Source: a virus (taxonomy: Duplodnaviria; Caudoviricetes). Taken from it: a stretch of DNA of 39,943 bases. Below, in pieces: positions 35,893-39,943 of this stretch; position 1 is the first letter of the stretch; each line of letters starts with the position of its first letter. Where the stretch lies: positions 1-39,943 of IMG/VR virus record IMGVR_UViG_3300043431_000166. One strand, given 5' to 3'. The notes under the pieces are model-generated. The model was not told the origin of the DNA and did no database searches. It was given only the letters and a program-made list of their open reading frames with translations. A program made the position numbers and the translations under genes.

Positions 35893-36781
35893 GCGAATTG
35901 AAGAATTTTACCACAAAGTCAATAATTGTGGTAAGTTTGTCAACCTCAACCTCCCTGCCATGGCTCGAAGGGATGAGCCTTTCATGAGATGTTGGCGTGC
36001 AGACGAGGGTAAGACGTTCGTATCACAGGACGTTATATCCCTTGAGCCATCTGTAACCGCCCACTTCTCACAGGACAAGCGGTACAGGTGGGCCACAGTT
36101 GACGGGATCGGTAAGGCCCCGTACTACGATGGCGACATCCTGATGATCGATGACGTGTACCTGATGACGGCCAGCGTACTGCCACCCACAGCGCACAAGA
36201 TACGAAAGGCATGGGATGAAGGACTCTTCAATTCTTGGCTTAGCGATCCTGAGGCGGTTAAGAAGGTACTTAAGAGCCCGAGGACGTTTGCAAAAGTTTG
36301 TGCTCTCGGACTTGGTTACGGTATGGGGGCTAAGAAGCTCCAGAAGACATGCGCGGAGGCGGGAGTTGATCTTACGTTCCATGAGGCCAAGGCGGTAAGG
36401 GCTAGGTACTGGGACCTATTCTCGGGGCTGAGGCAGTTTGCAGACACCTTGCAATTTCGTGTGGAGAAAGACGGGTTCCTGGTAAACCCCTTCTGGTACC
36501 GAATAACCCCCGAACCACACAAGGCATTTAACGCATTCATCCAGTCCAGTGCGTCCGGGGTCCTTGATCTGTACTGCGCATACATGTTTGAAGAGGCGCA
36601 AGACTTTGAATTCGTTGCTCTTATTCACGATGAAATTATTTTCCAGTGCCCTGACGAAAGACTTAAAGATTTACCCGGTCTGACCGATAAGCTTACTAAG
36701 AGCGTCAATGACGCCCTACAATGGACGGTGCCGATCAGGTTTGGCACTATAACCTGCAAAACCTTTGAGAGTTTCAAATGA
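35885..36781 (+). CDS. family A DNA polymerase, C-terminal catalytic part
   Basis: NLNLPAM, motif A SQDVISLEP, motif B RTFAKVCALGLGYGMG, AFNAFIQS and motif C IHDE; probable start ATG at 35885. Confidence 0.88.
   Translation: MSRRIEEFYHKVNNCGKFVNLNLPAMARRDEPFMRCWRADEGKTFVSQDVISLEPSVTAHFSQDKRYRWATVDGIGKAPYYDGDILMIDDVYLMTASVLPPTAHKIRKAWDEGLFNSWLSDPEAVKKVLKSPRTFAKVCALGLGYGMGAKKLQKTCAEAGVDLTFHEAKAVRARYWDLFSGLRQFADTLQFRVEKDGFLVNPFWYRITPEPHKAFNAFIQSSASGVLDLYCAYMFEEAQDFEFVALIHDEIIFQCPDERLKDLPGLTDKLTKSVNDALQWTVPIRFGTITCKTFESFK
36664..36691 (+). promoter_or_regulatory. sigma-28-type promoter (within the pol 3' end)
   Basis: TAAAGAT-N13-CCGATAAG. Confidence 0.65.
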
Positions 36782-37062
36782 TCGCTAAAGTTGCACTACA
36801 AAAAATCCGACAATTAGCTAAGCGCGGAACGAACCAGACTCTGACCCGCGCAATCGAGGAAGTCTACTTGGCTGGCATGGAAGCAGGTGCTCGTGCCCTA
36901 AGTGAACAGCTGAAAGGACGTATACATGCTCAGCAAGTCGTTGATAATGGCGCTAGTTCTCACGGAGTCGGGGGGAAATCCGATAGCCCAGAGTCCGATG
37001 GGGGCATTGGGCCTGACACAAATGACCAGCATTGCGATACAGGAAGTACAGAACCAGCATAA
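36778..37062 (+). CDS. hypothetical protein
   Basis: ATGA coupled to pol; the tail overlaps the SLT gene. Confidence 0.5.
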   Translation: MIAKVALQKIRQLAKRGTNQTLTRAIEEVYLAGMEAGARALSEQLKGRIHAQQVVDNGASSHGVGGKSDSPESDGGIGPDTNDQHCDTGSTEPA

Positions 37063-37435
37063 CATCAGCGGCCCGGTCAACATATTCAACCCACAGGAGA
37101 ATATAACATATGGTACGCTACTCCTCGAATACTACATGCGCTCCTGCGGGGGCCTTAAGTGCGGACTTATTCTCTATAATAGCGGGTATGCGGGGCTTAT
37201 TCGCTACCGTGAAGGGGGCTTTGACGCCCTCCCCGCAGAGACCAGGGCCTACGTCCCCAAAGTTCTTAGTACTATGCTTTCTCTTGACCCTATGTTTGCT
37301 CGCATTCTACCGGATAAACGGGAGCGAAGTTACCTCGAAGCAGCTATTGATGACGTATTCTACGACGTGTACGGAGTTAGAAGCGAGGGTGAACAAGTCA
37401 TTTTCGGATCAGGGGTGTACGCCGGTACCCAATGA
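36926..37435 (+). CDS. lytic transglycosylase (SLT domain)
   Basis: TESGGNPIAQS.MGALGLTQ, ENI..G, YNSG and ETRAYV.KV. Confidence 0.88.
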   Translation: MLSKSLIMALVLTESGGNPIAQSPMGALGLTQMTSIAIQEVQNQHNISGPVNIFNPQENITYGTLLLEYYMRSCGGLKCGLILYNSGYAGLIRYREGGFDALPAETRAYVPKVLSTMLSLDPMFARILPDKRERSYLEAAIDDVFYDVYGVRSEGEQVIFGSGVYAGTQ

Positions 37436-37576
37436 ACCATGGCCTATGCAGGAGGCTAGGGCCTGGAAGTGTGGGAATACTATTGAAGTGTGGGGGTTCT
37501 CGACTAGCTACATGACCCCTCCACCCTCAATGTGTGTCGTGTATACTGGGACTTGCGCACATAATGGGGCGGAGAT

Positions 37577-37605
37577 TAAAGTTTTTGCGTTTCGTAGCCG
37601 ATATG
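37577..37605 (+). promoter_or_regulatory. sigma-28-type promoter (variant)
   Basis: TAAAGTT-N13-GCCGATATG, upstream of the GAGGTG SD of the gene at 37639. Confidence 0.6.
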
Positions 37606-37638
37606 GAAGAGAGAGTTGTGATCCAATAGCAAAATGAG

Positions 37639-37875
37639 GTGATTATGACATTCGCACAAGCGCTGGCGCGGATTGAGGAGCTTACAAGAGGAGCACACTC
37701 TGAATATGACGAACTAGGGGACCTATTGATCACACACGCCGAAGACATCGTGCAGTTGGGTAAGGTGGCTAAGGAGATGAGGGAAGAGCTAGCCTACAAC
37801 ACTGAGGATCTGGGGAAGACCTTGACCAACGGAATGTTGGCCTACGACAAGCTGATGAAGGGTGATTGCCAATGA
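37639..37875 (+). CDS. hypothetical protein
   Basis: GAGGTG SD; overlaps the next gene. Confidence 0.6.
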   Translation: MIMTFAQALARIEELTRGAHSEYDELGDLLITHAEDIVQLGKVAKEMREELAYNTEDLGKTLTNGMLAYDKLMKGDCQ

Positions 37876-38204
37876 CCAACAAAATAGAACATGACCCCAA
37901 CAATCCTGGTCACTCTTCTGATTGTATGTCTCAACACAGGCACGAGTATTCGTATCCTGGGGACGGGTGTACGTGTAAGACCAACAAAACAGAGCGCTAT
38001 TTCGTTGTAAGTGAGAGTGAGCTGAAAGAATTAGTAACCGTTGCAACTATCAATGGATATTGTGTCACTGACGAAAGTAAGGACGTTTTAATAGCCGAAG
38101 CCGCCTGCCGTGCGCGGGAGGTACCTGAGTGGGCGACACACTTCACACAATACGAACCAGAATCTAGTCTACTAGTTAGACAAGCTGAGGAGATTAAGCG
38201 GTGA
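37866..38204 (+). CDS. hypothetical protein, paralog family A
   Basis: TNKTERYFVVSESE...AEAACRAR. Confidence 0.65.
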   Translation: MPMTNKIEHDPNNPGHSSDCMSQHRHEYSYPGDGCTCKTNKTERYFVVSESELKELVTVATINGYCVTDESKDVLIAEAACRAREVPEWATHFTQYEPESSLLVRQAEEIKR

Positions 38205-38488
38205 GCGAGAAATATTACATTGTGAGTACTGAAGAGTTGGGAAACCTAGTGTCTGCGAGTCGTTTACATTCGGACGACTTATACAATGAGTTTAAAGAGC
38301 TGTACGACAAAGCCTCGGACGCCTGCCGCTCCCGTGAAGTTCGCTTCATAGGCGCTGCTGATCAAGGTAGTTCGCTAATGTTATGGGGAGAGGTGAAGAA
38401 ATGTGTCCGCGCACCTTTCAGTAATTGGGTTGATACAGCACATAACGAACTGAACGCCCTCGCGGTGCTAGAAGGAGAGAAGAAATGA
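38201..38488 (+). CDS. hypothetical protein, paralog family A
   Basis: EKYYIVSTEE...YDKASDACRSR. Confidence 0.65.
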   Translation: MSEKYYIVSTEELGNLVSASRLHSDDLYNEFKELYDKASDACRSREVRFIGAADQGSSLMLWGEVKKCVRAPFSNWVDTAHNELNALAVLEGEKK

Positions 38489-38691
38489 CCAACAAAACCG
38501 AACGCTTCCTAGTTATGTCCGAGGCGGAATTTGAGGCTGCACTACGTCTAAGAACAGACTTGGCCTATTGCCCGGCGCGCATAGCACTTAAACTTAGGTC
38601 AGAATACGACAAAGCCGAAGCCGCCTGCCGTGCTCGTCCTGTGGTTGAGGTAGCGACTGGGCATTACGAAAGCGAGGAGTTTTACAAATGA
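38485..38691 (+). CDS. hypothetical protein, paralog family A
   Basis: TNKTERFLVMSEAE...YDKAEAACRAR. Confidence 0.65.
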   Translation: MTNKTERFLVMSEAEFEAALRLRTDLAYCPARIALKLRSEYDKAEAACRARPVVEVATGHYESEEFYK

Positions 38692-38957
38692 AAGAAATAA
38701 TCGAGCGTCTTCGTGAACTGGAAGCGGCTCTTAGCCCTGCGCCATGGATTGGGTGCAACCACCCAAGCTACGTAAACGAAATGCGAAACAGTTTAGTGCC
38801 AATCCTGGACAGGCTGGAGAAGCTTGAGGCTGTGGCTGAGGCGGCGCGAGCACTTCGCAACTTAGATAGGAATGACGGCTGGAAATATAGCTACGGGGAG
38901 CAGCGCGGCGAAAAGCTTGACGACGCCCTCGCGGCGTTGAAAGGAGAGAATAAATGA
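38688..38957 (+). CDS. hypothetical protein (Ead/Ea22-like pattern)
   Basis: RLRELEAALSPAPW...RNSLVPILDRLE..VAEA; ATGA coupling. Confidence 0.6.
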   Translation: MKEIIERLRELEAALSPAPWIGCNHPSYVNEMRNSLVPILDRLEKLEAVAEAARALRNLDRNDGWKYSYGEQRGEKLDDALAALKGENK

Positions 38958-39178
38958 GAGATACCAAACGCCTTATTAAAGAGCTTGAATGGTGGTGGGA
39001 TGGTATGCGTACTGACGAAGAATCAGACAAAACTCACATACTACCAGAGACAATTGACAGACTTCGCGCTTTACTGAGGGTGGCTGAGGCTGGAAAGAAG
39101 ATGCGCGAGAGTTCAAAAACAGAATTGTCCGAGGCGACTAAGGCATGGGACGCCGCGACGAAAGGTGACGAGAAATGA
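38954..39178 (+). CDS. hypothetical protein
   Basis: AAGGAG SD, ATGA coupling and DRLRALLRVAEA. Confidence 0.6.
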   Translation: MRDTKRLIKELEWWWDGMRTDEESDKTHILPETIDRLRALLRVAEAGKKMRESSKTELSEATKAWDAATKGDEK

Positions 39179-39458
39179 CATTCGCAATATTCTGTGTGAT
39201 AGTGGTACTGTTTTTTGCTTGGTTCTGGTCGGGCATCCACGATTCGGACGAAGAATCCCGATACAAATGGAGGAAATGATGACTATCACAAGGTTCAAGA
39301 CGCAGGAAGAACTGGATATTGATGAGCTTGAGGCGGCTGAGGTTGACTTCATAGCGGTCTGTGATGTCTACGAGAGAGTCCAGGCGGATATGGATCGGGC
39401 TAACAAACGGCTAGAAGCAGCCATGAAGAAGTTAGGACTAACTGACGAGAATGATTAG
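39165..39458 (+). CDS. hypothetical protein (real start probably internal, behind GGAGG at ~39269)
   Basis: Acidic coiled-coil C-terminal part. Confidence 0.5.
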   Translation: MTRNDIRNILCDSGTVFCLVLVGHPRFGRRIPIQMEEMMTITRFKTQEELDIDELEAAEVDFIAVCDVYERVQADMDRANKRLEAAMKKLGLTDEND

Positions 39459-39474
39459 TGTCTGTAAATAGGGC

Positions 39475-39502
39475 TAAGGTTCCCCCAGGTGCGACCGATA
39501 AG
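39475..39502 (+). promoter_or_regulatory. sigma-28-type promoter
   Basis: TAAGGTT-N13-CCGATAAG followed by GTATTTGT. Confidence 0.8.
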
Positions 39503-39537
39503 GTATTTGTGGGTGATGATGCCCTAGGAGATAAGCG

Positions 39538-39943
39538 ATGAGCAAACTGACAAAAGCAGAGCTGAGGCTGATAGACCGAAAATCCGCGCTTCTAGCGGAT
39601 GTACGAAAAGGTCTACACGAACTCCGTAATTCGGATGTGGTTAAGCTCGGGACTCAGCTTACCAAAGAAGCCCGAGAATTCGCCACGTACACCAAACCAG
39701 ACAAAGTCGTTGCGATGGATCCTGGGGCGGTCCAGCTATATAGAGCACTGGGGTCGGTTCCGGCAAATATAATGGAGGGGTTTGGTAGGGGTCCTTCCCC
39801 CGCCCGTACCCAGTTTCTACTAATTGCGCGTGGATCTGCTGAAGAGGCTGTCGTACATGCGGAGTACTTAGACTGGTCGCAAGCCGGACGTGTCAAGAAA
39901 CTAGTCACCCTGGTGGAGGCGCTAATCCTAACTACTCTAACTA
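39538..39943 (+). CDS. four-helix-bundle protein (23S rRNA-IVP/Avd-like), 3'-truncated
   Basis: AGGAG SD; QLYRALGSVPANIMEGFGR...QFLLIARGSAEE. No stop before the window end, so absent from the ORF track. Confidence 0.8.
   Translation, partial: MSKLTKAELRLIDRKSALLADVRKGLHELRNSDVVKLGTQLTKEAREFATYTKPDKVVAMDPGAVQLYRALGSVPANIMEGFGRGPSPARTQFLLIARGSAEEAVVHAEYLDWSQAGRVKKLVTLVEALILTTLT

Noticed and set aside
35860-35945. Intron, split intein or matched-codon ribosomal bypass at the pol junction
   Set aside because: Only about 60 nt separates the motifs; no P7 pairing, no intein terminal residues and no clearly matched take-off/landing codons.
37110-37637. 175-aa ORF overlapping the SLT gene
   Set aside because: Most of it overlaps SLT in another frame; only the part after ~37389 may be a real small gene, and its start could not be fixed.
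39538-39943. Diversity-generating retroelement
   Set aside because: No reverse transcriptase and no TR/VR pair found in the window.
1-39943. Circular closure or terminal repeats
   Set aside because: I see no sequence shared by the two ends. Joining them would end the last ORF after 8 more codons, but nothing independent supports the join.
1-39943. Stop-codon reassignment, tRNA genes, integrase
   Set aside because: Long genes read through in the standard code and the breaks have specific explanations; no tRNA or integrase recognised by eye (tRNAscan not run).

Overview
This window is a near-complete (~40 kb) genome of a tailed dsDNA phage with podovirus-like organisation. No integrase or repressor is visible, so it is probably lytic, and both ends cut through + strand ORFs. 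The minus strand from 26277 to ~6300 is the morphogenesis block: small terminase candidate, two GNATs, large terminase, portal, scaffold, major capsid protein, adaptor, nozzle, three ejection-type proteins, tail fibre and holin-like genes. The plus strand from 26568 to 36781 is the replication block: Cas4-like nuclease, SSB, AEP primase, DinG-like helicase, metallophosphoesterase, Sak4-like NTPase and a family A DNA polymerase split into two ORFs. Accessory genes flank both blocks, including an amidoligase plus class II glutamine amidotransferase, an M15 peptidase, a DUF5664-like protein, an SLT, a four-helix-bundle protein and many small membrane proteins. Four observations stand out. (1) About 12 copies of T(A/C)A(A/G)GTT-N13/14-CCGATA(A/T)G, matching the sigma-28 (FliA/SigD) promoter consensus, sit in front of nearly every non-structural transcription unit. 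(2) The major capsid gene is interrupted by two group I introns, one of 207 nt without an ORF and one of 827 nt with an HNH ORF; precise splicing gives 408 aa. (3) PolA is split inside the conserved TGRLSS/NLQN segment with no intron at the junction. (4) The tail fibre gene appears to start at ATA behind a perfect Shine-Dalgarno, overlapped by a 12-codon leader ORF. All calls come from reading motifs by eye; no searches were run.
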